In this document: piece by piece, positions 11,472 to 23,435 of the stretch
How positions within the stretch are numbered: the stretch's first letter is position 1
Layout: each line of letters opens with the position of its first letter
Source: Mustelus asterias
Taxonomy: Eukaryota
Direction of reading: 5' to 3'
NCBI RefSeq assembly: GCF_964213995.1
Contig: NC_135812.1
Span: 98,704,001-98,768,000, forward strand
DNA length: 64,000 nt
Position numbers and translations under genes: made by a program
The notes under the pieces: generated by a model
The model's database searches: none
Told to the model about the DNA's origin: nothing
What the model saw: only the letters and a program-made list of their open reading frames with translations

Positions 11472-12075
11472 AAAGGCAAAATACTGCGGATGCTGGAATG
11501 TGAAACAAAAACAAAAAATGCTGGAAAATCTCAGCAGGTCTGACAGCATCTGTGGAGGGGGAATAGAGCTAACATTTTGAGTCTGGATGACCCTTGGGTT
11601 GACCCTTGGGATGGCCCTGGGGTCATCCAGACTCGAAGGCCGAAAATTTCCTGTCCCGTCCGCTGTGGGAATCGTAGTGGGTGAGGCAGAAAGGGTGGCA
11701 CGGTGACGCAGTGGTTAGCACTGTCTGCATGGGTTTTCTCCGGGTGCTCTGGTTTCCTCCCACAATCCAGAAGACGTGTTGGTTAGGGGCATTGGCCATG
11801 CTAAATTCTCCCTCAATGTACCCGAACAGACGCCGGAGTGTGGCGACTAGGGGATTTTCACAGTAACTTCATTGTTGTGTTAATGTGAGCCTGATTGTGA
11901 CACTAATAAATTTAAGAAAATTTTAAAAGAAAATTCGGCGAGGCCATATAAAAATCTGTCGAGTTTCCAATCTTGGGGTGCACATGGCCGGAAAATCCCG
12001 CCCAAAACGTTAGCTCTATTCTCTCTCACGGATGCTGTCAGACCTGCTGAGATTTTCCAGCATTTTCTGTTTTTG
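11472..12075. mobile_element. Palindromic Penelope-like terminus (family B) with nested MITE-like and SINE insertion (~11638-12003)
   Basis: Arms AAATGCTGGAAAATCTCAGCAGGTCTGACAGCATC / GATGCTGTCAGACCTGCTGAGATTTTCCAGCATTT; a shorter collapsed copy is at 35395-35502. Confidence 0.6.
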
Positions 12076-12362
12076 ATGTTATTTAATGTGTTCAGTTTCT
12101 TTTCTACAATTTGGTTTCATTCGTTCTAATCCTTGATAAAGAGGATATTTTTAATTAAAGCCATCATTGTCTCCTTATCCGTTTGATCAATTAAATAGAC
12201 TTCCTTCCAGCAGTGAGCACTGCAGAGACTGGTGCACATAGTGAAAATAATTGGAGGGCTTTTGTGTCTTGTGCTTCAGTTGTCTTGACATGTCACCTAC
12301 ATTTTGGGAAGTCCTATTTCCTGTATATGCAGGGGATTTTCACGGTAACTTCGTTGCAGTGT

Positions 12363-12576
12363 ATGACGTGGAGATGCCAGTTGGACTAGGGTGGGCACAG
12401 TAAGAAGTCTCACAACACCAGGTTAAAGTCCAAGGGGTTTATTTGGAATCACCAGCTTTCGGAGCGCTGCTCTTTCATCAGGTGAATGACTGACCTGATG
12501 AAGGAGCAGCGCTCGGAAAGCTGATGATTCCAAATAAACCTACTGGACTTTAACCTGGTGTTGTGAGACTTCTTAC
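12363..12576. mobile_element. Palindromic Penelope-like terminus (family A) with hammerhead-like motifs, inserted in a SINE tail
   Basis: Inverted repeat 12400-12576 (~85-bp arms); CTGATGA-stem-GAAAGCT on both strands. Confidence 0.75.
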
Positions 12577-12699
12577 AGTGGTAATGTAAGCTTACATGTG
12601 ACACTAATAGATAAACTTACATAGATTTTAAACATTTGGTTGCACACATCTGTTGGTAACACTCAGTATTTCAGATTGAGGGATAAGTCTGGGTGAAGT

Positions 12700-12780
12700 G
12701 GGGTTTTTTGATTGGATACAGTTATTGTTACACCCACTAGCTGACGCAGTTTTGGCGGGTGGGACATTTGAATGTAGTTC
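12700..12780 (+). promoter_or_regulatory. Candidate TK1 cell-cycle promoter (inverted CCAAT, CRE-like, E2F, CHR)
   Basis: ATTGG 12711-12715, TGACGCA 12742-12748, TTTTGGCGGG 12750-12759, TTTGAA 12767-12772; about 180-240 bp upstream of the TK1 ATG. Confidence 0.55.
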
Positions 12781-12949
12781 TGCTGAGTTGCTCTGAATTA
12801 AGCTAGCTTCTCTTCTGCCTCTTACATTTCACTGGTATTCAATTCTCTCCAGATAGGAATTTATTTATTCCCCCCCCATCAATCTTTAACCCTACTTGTA
12901 CAAGTTTGTTTTCCTGCATTTAGCTATTTATATTGTATTTTCCGACACG

Positions 12950-13015
12950 ATGAACTGTTTATACACACCAGAGAGCTCACTCTCATCTCCCCGCAAAGTG
13001 AAGGGCCAGATTCAG
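12950..13015 (+). CDS. TK1: Thymidine kinase 1, exon 1
   Basis: MNCLYTPESSLSSPRKVKGQIQ|gtaag; aligns to human MSCINLPTVLPGSPSKTRGQIQ. Confidence 0.93.
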
Positions 13016-13329
13016 GTAAGAAAATAAATATATATACTAATTTAATTCTATGTTTTTAAGTTTAAATTATATAAATAATCAAACACGTTAAAAAATAAGA
13101 CGAATCTCCCAATGTTGATATCCAGCTGCGTGTTGAGTATTTGAAAACATTTTTAAAATTAAATTTTAGGCAAGGACGCACAAAGACTTGTTAAATTTGA
13201 TGTTTCACTTTGTTGTTACATTATTTCGGCAGTAAATTTGATTTTGATCCCACTTCCGAGTTGCGCCTCCTCAAAAGGCGCCACCTAAATGTTCCACTAT
13301 TTGAAGATTTTATTTTGTCGTTTTTCCAG

Positions 13330-13361
13330 ATTATCTTCGGACCAATGTTCTCGGGGAAAAG
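13330..13361 (+). CDS. TK1: Thymidine kinase 1, exon 2 (P-loop)
   Basis: ttccag|IIFGPMFSGK(S)|gtaac, 32 nt. Confidence 0.96.
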
Positions 13362-13450
13362 GTAACAGATTTCATATTATCTCTTTTCTCCCCTTTTTTA
13401 TTTTTCTTGACAATGAAATGTTTGAAGGGATTTTGCCGGTAAAGCAGCTG

Positions 13451-13461
13451 TTTGGCGCCAA
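13451..13461. promoter_or_regulatory. Palindromic E2F-type site in TK1 intron 2
   Basis: TTTGGCGCCAA. Confidence 0.4.
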
Positions 13462-13744
13462 CTCTCCTTCCGCCCAGCTCTGCCCCTCTCTCTCGTCCTG
13501 CAAACTGCTTTTGTCTTCATAGACATCTACTCAACTGCATTCTGATTTATACTTTCCTCTCTCTCTCTGTTACAAATCCGGTTCTCCATTCTCACCACAT
13601 CTAACTGGTGTATTTTAAATCCGTGCTTGTAAATAATTGGAATAAATATTTCACATTAGCCTTTTAATTCAATGTTGTTGCCAGTTTCTTTAAATGCTTC
13701 ATTCGCCTTCTATGTGTTAGCTGCATTTTGTGAAGTCCTGCACT

Positions 13745-13907
13745 GTGCCTAATATGCATTCTATCTATACCTTCAAGTCATTAACAATGACCCAAAGTGC
13801 CCAATATACATTCTAGTTGTAGTGCCTAATATACATTCTATCTATACTTTTGAGTCATTAACAATGACTCAAAGGTATAGATAAAATGTATATTAGGCAC
13901 TACAACT
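13745..13907. repeat. 45-bp-stem inverted repeat with upstream direct partial copies
   Basis: Arms 13815-13859 and 13863-13907 match at 43/45, loop AAC; degenerate direct copies at 13745-13814. Confidence 0.9.
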
Positions 13908-14024
13908 TGCATTTATATAGCGCCTTTAACTTACCGAAATGTTCCCAATAAAGAATGACTCAACCAAATCTAACACCCAGCTACATAAAATGGTGTTCAA
14001 TGACTAAAATCTGGCTTAAGGAAG

Positions 14025-15170
14025 AATGCTAGCCTTGGAGAAGATCCAGAGGAGATTCACAAGAATTATCCTGGGAATGAAAAGCTTGACATATGAGTGT
14101 CTGAGGACGCTGGGTCTGTACTCAATGGAGGATGAGTGGGGGTGGGGAGGAATCTCATTTATACATCATGTCTGTGTGGAGTTTGCACATTCTCCTCGTG
14201 TCTGCGTAGGTTTCCTCCGGGTGCTCTGGTTTCCTTCCACAGTCCAAAGATGTGTATGTTAGGTTGATTGTCTTACTGTGTTTACCCCAGTCCAACGCCG
14301 GCATCTCCACATCATGACATTAGGTTGATTGGCCATGCTAAAAATTGCCCTTAGTGACCTGAGATGCGTAGGTTAGAGGGATTAGTGGGTAAAATATGTA
14401 GGGATATGGGGGTAGGGCCTGGGTGGGTTTGTGGTTGGTGCAGACTCGATGGGCTGAATGGCCTCTTTCTGTACTGTAGGGTTTCTATACTTTTTTTACA
14501 GAATAATGAAAGGCCTGGATAGAGTAGACATGAGGCGGCACAGTGGCACAGCGGTTAGCACTGCTGCATCATGGACCCAGAGACTCGGGTTCAATTCCGG
14601 CCTCGGGTCACTGTCTATGTGGAGTTTGCACATTCTCCCCATGTCTGCATTGGTTTCCTCCGGGTACTCTGGTTTCCTCCCACAGTCCAAAGAGTTTCAA
14701 AGGTTAGCTTGATTGGCCATACTAAATTGACCCTAGTATCAGGGGATTGGGAGGGGAAATATGTGGGGTTACAGGGTTAGGGCCTGCGTGGGATTGTGGT
14801 TGGTGCAGACTCGATGGGCCGAACGGCCTCCTTCTACACTCGAGATTCAATGATTTTAAGATGTTTCTGTTAATAGGATAGACTAGTACCTGAGGGCACA
14901 GCCTCAGAGTAAAAGGACAACACTTTAGAACTGAGATGAGGAAGAGTTTCTTTCGCTGGAAGGTGGTGAATCTGTGGAATTCATCGCCACAGAAAGTTGT
15001 GGAGGCCAGGCATTTAAGATAGAGATAGATGGGTTCTTGATTGGTAAAGGGATCAAGGGTTATGGGGGGAAAGCAGGAGAATGGGAGTTGAGAAACTTAT
15101 CAGCCATGATTGAATGGCAAAGCAGACTTTACGGTTTGAATGGCCTAATTCTGCTCCAACATCTTATGGT
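14025..15170 (+). mobile_element. CR1 LINE 3' fragment split by two HE1-like SINEs (~14168-14488, ~14533-14855)
   Basis: ALEKIQRRFTRIILGMK..., RIMKGLDRVD, and the CR1 tail resume after each SINE. Confidence 0.8.
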
Positions 15171-15680
15171 CTTAAAGAGAGAGGTTTTAAGGATCACATT
15201 AAAGGAAGAGAAGTTTAGGGAGATGAATTTCAGAGTTTAGTGGGCAGGTAGCTAAGGGACACTAAAATCAGGATGTTCTAGAGGCTGGAATTTAAAGAAC
15301 TGCAGTTATCTCAGAGGATTGTGAGGCTGGAGGAGATTACAGAGATAGGGGCAAGGCCATGGAGGGATTTGAAAATGAGCAACAGTTACTTAACTGAGCT
15401 AATGTAGATCAGTGAGCACAGGGGAATGGACTTGCTACAAGATAAGACACAAGCTTCAAGGTTTTGAATGGCTTCAGAGGGGAGAATGCGGAAGGCTGTG
15501 TCGTGAGTGCGTTAGAATGGCCAAGTCTACAGATAACTAAAGCATGGATGAGGGCTTCAACAGCAGAAGGGCTGAGGCAGGGGCAGGGATGGGTGATGTT
15601 ACAGAGGTGAAAAAGGCAGTCTTAGTAACATCTGGTTGAAAGCGCATCGTGGAATCAAATACGAAACCGAGTACAAACAG

Positions 15681-15975
15681 TGGGTGGCACAGTGGTTAGC
15701 ACTGATGCCTCAAAACTCCAGGGACCCGGGTTCAATTCCACCTTGGATGACTGACTGGGGTTTGCACATCCTCCCTATGTCTGCGTGCGTTTCCTCCGGG
15801 TGCTCCGGTTTTCATCCACAATCCAAGAAGATGTGCAGTTTAGGTGGAATGGCCATGGTAAATGCGCAGGGTTTCAGGGATACGGCAGGGGAGAGGGCTT
15901 GGGTAAGATACTCTGTCAGAGAGTTGGTACAGACTTGATGGGCCAAATGGCCTTCTCTGCATGGTAGGGATTCTA
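15681..15975 (+). mobile_element. HE1-like SINE
   Basis: A/B boxes, core and tail. Confidence 0.8.
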
Positions 15976-17789
15976 AGAGTAGTTCAGAGGGCGATGGGTC
16001 AATGACAAGAGTGTAGTTTATGGTGGGGAATGAAGACAATGGCCGAGAGTTCTATCTTCTTGGTGGGAATTGGGGAAAGTCCCGGCTTTGCAGGCTCCCC
16101 TCTGGTGGAGGTGTGCTGGCAGTTCTCTGGGCAGCCAGCCCCAGAAACACGCATTGGGCAGAGGCAGTATGTGACTTAGTAGGCGGCCATTTCACTATTC
16201 AACTCCTATATGCTGGAAATCAGTCGCTGTAAGAAGGCGAAAGTTATCAAAGATTCACAAGGTGTCTGAGGGGATACTTCAGAAGCTGTCAGGTGCGTGA
16301 AAGTTAAACATATTGGCCAACTGGTTTTTAACCCTTGAGGTGCTGGCCCAGCAAGAGCCTGTGATAGGAAACTTTGGATTGAGGTCTGACCATTGGAAAT
16401 GTATGAAGTGTGACCACACAGCAGCCATTCATTTTTGCCAATGTCACACCACACCCAGCCTTGTAGATTTTTGCAAGTTGTGGCAGAGCGTTTGTAGATG
16501 GTGCACATTGCTACCACGGTGCGTCGCTGGTGCAGGGAGTGGATGTTTAAGGTGGTGGTGGTGTGCCACACAGATGGGTTGCTTTGCCGTGAATGATGTT
16601 GTGGCCCTTGAGTGTTGTTGAAGCTGCACTCATCCAGGCAAGTGGAGGGTATTTCATCACACTCCTGACTTAAGCCTGGTAGATGGCGGACAGGCTTTGG
16701 GAAGCCAGTAGGTGAGTTACTCACCTCAATTCCCAGGCCTGCTCTTGTAGCCTCTGTTCATAAGGCTGGTTCAGTTCTGTTCAATGGTAACCTGAAGGAT
16801 ATTGATAGAGGATTCAGTGAATGTAATACCATTGAATTTTAAGGAAAGATGGTTAGATTCTCTCTGGTTGGAGATAGTCATTGCCTGCCAGGCATTCGGC
16901 ACAAATGTTACTTTATGCTGAATAGTCTTGATTTGCAACATCTCTGTTGGTTCATCAATCATGTCAGCATGTGCCGTGACTCATCCAATACTAGATAGGT
17001 GCGTTATTAACATTGGAGCCAGATTATCTGCCCTGTATTTGATAGCATTGAAAGTACACTTTCTGGCATGTCTGGATCAATCACTCAGTGTGACCGAATG
17101 CAGACTTATAATGGTGAAGATTTCAGCTATTGCGATGCCAGAGAGTCTGGAACTCACCAGTAGATTTTCCCTCTCCTGTCGGGAATGGGCATCTCCTGGA
17201 AGAGGTGAAGTGCCCGCGATCTTGAGGGCACTTGTATATCAGTGGCCTGACAGCCATTTGTGTCTGAGGATGCATCCATATCCCCAATTTGGTTATGTGA
17301 AATGTGTCTGTATTAGGTCCTCTCCATTGACTATGGTGTCAGGGGCAGAGCTGATCCTATGTGACGGGCAACCCCCCCCCAACCCACATTTCCATCATTG
17401 CCCTCCTCCCCCATCCTTGGTTAGAGCAAGAAATAATCTGAGGAGAGAAAGCCTTCAGCTAAGATGGGCCGGGGGAAGGGAAGTTGGTCGGTAGGAGATG
17501 GGTTTTATAGACAAGATAAGCTTGGAGAAGGCGTGAGGGGAGATGGGAGAAAAACTAGAAATGTAAACGAGGTCAGGAATAGGGTAGCGGAGATTGGTGT
17601 GGAAGCCTCAGGGCATTTATTCCAGTGGGCTAGGATAAGGGAAAGAGCTGATCAAATGGTCTCAATCTTGGTGACAAATCATGAGTCGCTCATACTATGT
17701 TGTTGAAGATGAGGGAGGAGGTTTAAGAAGAATCGTTAATTAGGATTATTATGGCAGGCCAGCAAAACTTCAGCAACAAAGTAAACAAC

Positions 17790-18025
17790 CAGGAAATATG
17801 TTTGCTTTTGGTGATAATTGAGGGGTAAATGTTGCCATGAGAACTCATGGAATCTGTTGGACATCAGGTTAACACCTCCATCTGAAAGACAGGAGTGCCA
17901 ACAACACAGCACTCACTCAATACTGCACTGGAGTGTCCACTTGGATTGTTTGCTCAAGTCTCAAATGGGCTTTGAACCACAAACATCTGACTGAGGTGAA
18001 AATAGTACAAGTAAGCCAAAGCTGT
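17790..18025 (-). mobile_element. DeuSINE (SacSINE1/AmnSINE1-like) relic
   Basis: Resembles the Deu domain GAGACTTGAGCA..GACACTCCAGTGCAGTA..GAGTGCTG..GTCTTTCAGATG; other relics at ~30483-31050(-), 42500-43000(-), 57945-58125(+). Confidence 0.55.
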
Positions 18026-18649
18026 CACTTAACTGCAGTCGCCACATTTATTTAATACTTCTTTCAAACTGACTTCTCGGTGTGTGTAAAACAGCTCAAA
18101 AATCAGAACCATTCTCTGGTCGATTTAAAAAGTTTGCATAGCTCAGCTGTAGGGACCCAAACAGACTCATTCAAAAGTTTTCTGTCTTAATTTAGAAAGT
18201 TACCAACTAATTGCCTGCCTCTATTGCTTTACAATTATTCTCCTCTCTTAAAACAGGAGAGTAGATTATAAGCACTGAGGATGTTATAACTCTTGTATAA
18301 AGATCAAGAATTACTTTAAGTCTGTGAAATGAAACTTGGATTTGACTTCAGTCTCTGGCAAGAGTGCTGTCACTGAGCCATAGCTGACATGTCACCATTT
18401 TGAGAACTGAATTCTGTCGGTGTGGTTACGATGCCAGTTCAGCTTTGCACCTGCTGTTTCCTTTCATTCGCTCAGCTAGTTCTCAATCTCACCTGGCTGA
18501 ACAGGTGCCTCTGTAGGAAGAGTTGGTGATAACTCTCGGTTTGAGGATCAAAATCAAAATTTTGTGGTTTCTGCAAAGACCTCTTCATGAGTCCCAACTT
18601 CACAACCTGTGCATCTGACTAAACTCTCATTTTTCTCTCTCCACTACAG

Positions 18650-18763
18650 CACAGAGCTGATGCGTCGGGTGAGAAGGTTTCAGATTGCTCAATATCATTG
18701 TCTTGTGGTAAAATATGCAAAGGACACTCGGTACAGTAAGGAAGACCTGGCTACACATGACAA
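18650..18763 (+). CDS. TK1: Thymidine kinase 1, exon 3
   Basis: ctacag|(S)[37 protein letters not shown](K)|gtgag, 114 nt. Confidence 0.97.
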
Positions 18764-21700
18764 GTGAGTATTAAGTGCAGTCTAGGAGTTGCAGCATACT
18801 CGTTAAGTGACTAAGGCAATCTATTTGACCAGTGCCTATGCACAGATTTTTATTATCTAATTGTGAACAAGATAAAAGCTTACAGTAAATTACAGCTTCT
18901 TCTGTAATGTCCCTTGTAAATGGCAAAATACTTGCTGCTAACCTTGCTATGACATTTTTGACCAATGATTCCTCTGAACCTGATTGGCACTTCCTTAAGT
19001 GGAAAGCTGCCCTCTTGCTGGCTCTCTTGCCAGATAACTCTCACAAACTCTTGATAGTATGGTCTGTGTCTTTTTGTTTCTGACTGCAATCCCTGGGCTT
19101 GACTTCTAACCTCCGTTAGTGGAGATTAGCTAACCACTTCACTTAACCAGCTACCACCCAACAAATGAGTGCTGCCTGTAGCTGCCCTCTACTCTTTCCC
19201 AAGGATTAGCCATAATAAGTATGAAACATAATGACCGGGATTCTCCCCAAAAAATTCAAAGTGTCGAATTTGTGTAAAAACTGGAGTAAATCCCCCTAGT
19301 TTTTTTAGCGGGATTTTCAAAATGAATTTCGCACATGTTGTGCATTACAGAGTGCCATAACGAGTTTCATGATGAAAATCAGGGGGCAGAGTCTATTCCC
19401 ACTGGAGAGGCCAGCAGCATAGTGCTGAGCAGGCCAATGCGCTGATCTGCCAGAGCCGAGATCGGCGCATGCGCAGTAGCTGCGCACTCCTGGCCGACCC
19501 CCATCCCAATGGCCAGCCCCAATCAGCCCTTCCCTCCCTTTGTCACCGATCCCAAATACAGAGTGGCAGCAGGCCCCCCCACCGATCTCCCCCCAATAGG
19601 CCCCGCCTACTTGGCACTGCCTGATCTGATTGGGGCATAAGGACACAATCCGATCAGCCATGATCTTATTGAATGGAGGAATAGGCTCAATGGACTGAAT
19701 GGCCTACTCCTGCTCTTATTTCTTAACCATACTGTTAGTGTTTAGAGTGTACATTTCTCACAATTCATTTGGCAGATTTCATTGTTTATTTCTAACCATC
19801 TGTTCTTCCATCCATTTGACTAATTTCTAAAATATCAATTTTTCCCTCCATGGTTTCTCTGTAACCTTTAACACAGTCAACCCCTGTTCTTCAATGTTCA
19901 AAACACCCTTGCCCCCATGTAAACCCGCCCTGGATACCTCACCAGTAGTTTGCAAAAGATCAAAGATGGGGGTGGGGGGGATGCAAAACAATTCAAGAAG
20001 GGTCACCCGCGTACATATTTCTTGCATTATGGATTTGAGGAGCAGTGCGTGTGGGAGAGTCTTTGAGGAGCTCCTCCTCCAGTAACTGATTCTCTCTCTT
20101 TCCAAGCTCGCTGCTTCACCCTTCCAATCACATCTTTCCTCTCTCCCACTCTCTCTGCTCCTCCAGAGATAGCATCTATGATTGGAGGAGCAGCAAGGCG
20201 GGAGGGAGAGAGGCTGTGATTGGGAGAGCTGGAGCAATTATTCTGGCCAGTGCCACTGCCACCAAGCAGGAGACTTGGCTGCATTATTACCAATCTCATT
20301 GATAGGAGGCTGTTGAGAAGAAGCCGGAAATTAAAAAGGAGGGGGTGGCTGGAAAGCCAGGAAGAGGGCTGGGAGCTGGACGTCGCTGCCATTCCCACAA
20401 ATGGCCTCAGCATTCTTATTAGGACACAGGCCATTCAGCCCTTCAAGCCTGCTCTCCCATTCGGTAAGATCATGGCTGATCTGTGTATGGTCTCAACGCC
20501 ACCTTCCTGTCTGACTCCCAGAACACTTGACTCCCTTGCCGATCAAAAATCTCTCTAATTCAAGCCTTGTATAAATTAATGGACCCAGTCTTCACTAGAC
20601 TCTGGGGAGGGGGATTTCTTAGAGAAAAAAAATTCTCATTTCTTGACTTAAAGGGCCTTTTACTCTCAAATGGTGTCCCCTAGTTCTAGTAACCTCACGA
20701 GAGGAAACCCCTTGACTGACTTTGCACTCTCACAGTGACTGGGCCGGGAACAGCTTGCCGGGTGTTATTGTGAAGGGAGGTGAGAAACGGAGAACATTTG
20801 TAGAAGTGCTGTTTAGTTGGAGGGTCAGAGGTCCAGGTCTGCACCTGGTGCCTGTAAAGGAGCAGACACTTAATAGAAAGGGGTCTGGATCCCCATATTG
20901 AGTTGCAGCCTGGTAAAAATAAGCTTAAGCTTACTTTTTCTTCCAAAAGTTAATCCCACAAAAACTTTGAATTATTGTCACGAGGATGTGCTTTTTAAAG
21001 GTACAATTTCTCATTTTTATTTTTCTGACTGGATTCTTTGAAAAACGGGGACCCTATAAAGGCAATGAAGAAACTGCCCAGCTTACTTCAATTCCCACCA
21101 TTTCACATTCCATGATCTGGGATGCAGAAAGACACTCAACCCCCTTGGGACCATGAAACACCCCCCTCCCCTGTCGATTCACACCACCCTGAGATTTCTG
21201 AAATGTTTCTGAGACAAGGCATAAAAATGCAGTTACCTATTCTGAAACAAAAACTGCAACAGACATGAATGAGTAGAATTTCTCTGGAATAAACAGCCGG
21301 TTAGGTATTTCAAGGGCCTTACCAAGCAGGAGGGGGAGAAGAAAAATGACAGTGCTGTAGAGTACTGAACACAGACTGATTGGAGCGGTGCGGTCTCCTT
21401 CGGGTGTGCGTTGATCTTGCAGTGCATCTTGTAGGTGGTACACCCCGCTGCCATGTTTTTTGTAGGTGGTGGAGGGATTGAATATTTGTGGAAAGGACAG
21501 CAACCAGACAGGCTGCTTTGTCCTGGACTATCCTCTCATGGAAGATTAGTAAGTTACCAATGACAGTAAGGTGCTGGCGCTATTTAAGGTACTGCTACAG
21601 TATCAGATTAGTAGGGCTACATTCTGGACATTCTTCCAGACAGTATTCTCGGACTTAGTGACATCTTCATCCTGTAGCCGGTCAGTTACATGGGTAAGAT

Positions 21701-21826
21701 GGTTATAGAGGGATATGGGCCAAATGCGGGCAATTGGGACTAGCTTAGGGGTTTAAAAAAAAAAGGGCGGCACGGATAAGTTGGTCCGAAGGACCTGTTT
21801 CCATGCTGTAACCCTCTGTGACTCGA

Positions 21827-21935
21827 TGACTGCTCTGACTGTGTGATCTTGCTCACTAGTGGATCCATGTAGAAATGTGTCTTCCATTTGGCTTATTACA
21901 CCTTCCACGCCTTCTAGAATATGATAATGTAGAAT
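21827..21935 (-). mobile_element. Small Gypsy RT relic next to a CR1 tail (21690-21826,+)
   Basis: HILEGVEGVISQMEDTFLHGSTSEQDHTVRAV resembles the RT segment in 4755-5030. Confidence 0.55.
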
Positions 21936-23435
21936 ATTTAAAATAATTTCCCATGCTATTGCCACAATGGATTTGTAAGTCAATAGTTTCACAGCAACTA
22001 ATGAAACAGACTAAAATAAGATCCTAGACATCAAAGTGAGATACTGACTTAATTTAACTAAGAAAGCACAAGATATCTTTCATAAACAAAAAAAAAACGA
22101 ATGATCAAGGCCAAAAGGTACTCTGCTTTGTAATTTATACAAGTTAATATAGTTCAAGTTCAGGAAGAACAAAACTGATGTTCAAGTAGTCTAGTGCAAG
22201 TAAATTAATGTTTCAGAAATAGTGAATCCAAAGGATAGCTGCTTGACTGATTCAGTGGTACAATTTCCATATTATATGGAATAGAACTGTACAAGGCAGA
22301 GGAGATTCCAAGTTGATCCGTTAACTGATGTCAGCCAGAGTGATGGTGAGACTTGTATTCTTGGCCGGGGGGAAAATTGAAGTTGCTGTTTTTGGGAAAT
22401 GTACATCTAATTAACTTGAGGCTTGACGTTTAACTGATGCAAAATCATTAATACCTCTGCATTATCTTCATTGCTCCCAATAAAACTTCCCTATTGTCAC
22501 CAACCTTCAATTCATCTTTGTTATGCTTCGAGGAGATTTTGCTATTTTCTTTTTTAGATTTTCCAATCCCACTTTTTAACTTACAATTCCTATAGTTATG
22601 ATTTTCTCCTGCAGCATTACCCTGAGCCTGCCTTCTAAGTTTAATTTTAGATTTTATCTCCTCCTTATTCTCAAAACTGTACCTTTTGTTGCACATTCTT
22701 TTTGCCTTGAGGAATATATTTATTTTGCACTCTTCGTCGCGTTCGTGAAGATTTCCAAGTGTAGCTCTTGCTGTCTCATTTGGCACTTACTTTTACCCAA
22801 TTAATTTGTGTCAAATCTCTTATTTCTGAACTTTCTAGACCACAACCCTTATTTTTAACTCCATTATCCTGTTCTTTTTCATATGTACCACAACAATGTT
22901 ATGGTCACTATTTCCCCAAATTTTCCACTATCACATCAGGCATTTACCTCAGAAGGAAGTCAAGCAACATGCTTCCCCTGTTGGACTAGAAACCTACCGA
23001 TTTGGGACCATTCTTAGCTGCATTCTTAAAGAGTATTCCCTACATTGGCCAGGTGCCTAATCTTTATTGTGGGTGGCCATTTTGGGAAGACAAAGTATCT
23101 GAGATGTATCATGCAGGCTTTGCATGTCTCAGCTTCTAGCTGTCTTAATCTTGGGTGGCAGCCACTAATAATTCAAGGCAATTGTCAAAACTTCTCCATC
23201 ACACCTTTGATATTCTGCCTGTTTTATTTTACACCACTATAAATCGAAGCTGAAGTTGGTCTGCATTCTGAAATGATGCTATGCTGATTGTGCACCTTTG
23301 TAATTTCCTCTAATCCTCTAGTTGACGTGTTGAGTTAGCTGGGGTGCATCGCACAGTTCTAAATTGAGATTGTTGATGTTGATCCAGAACTTCCATTTGT
23401 AAAACCTGCTGCTGTTTTGTTTCTTTATCTCTCAG

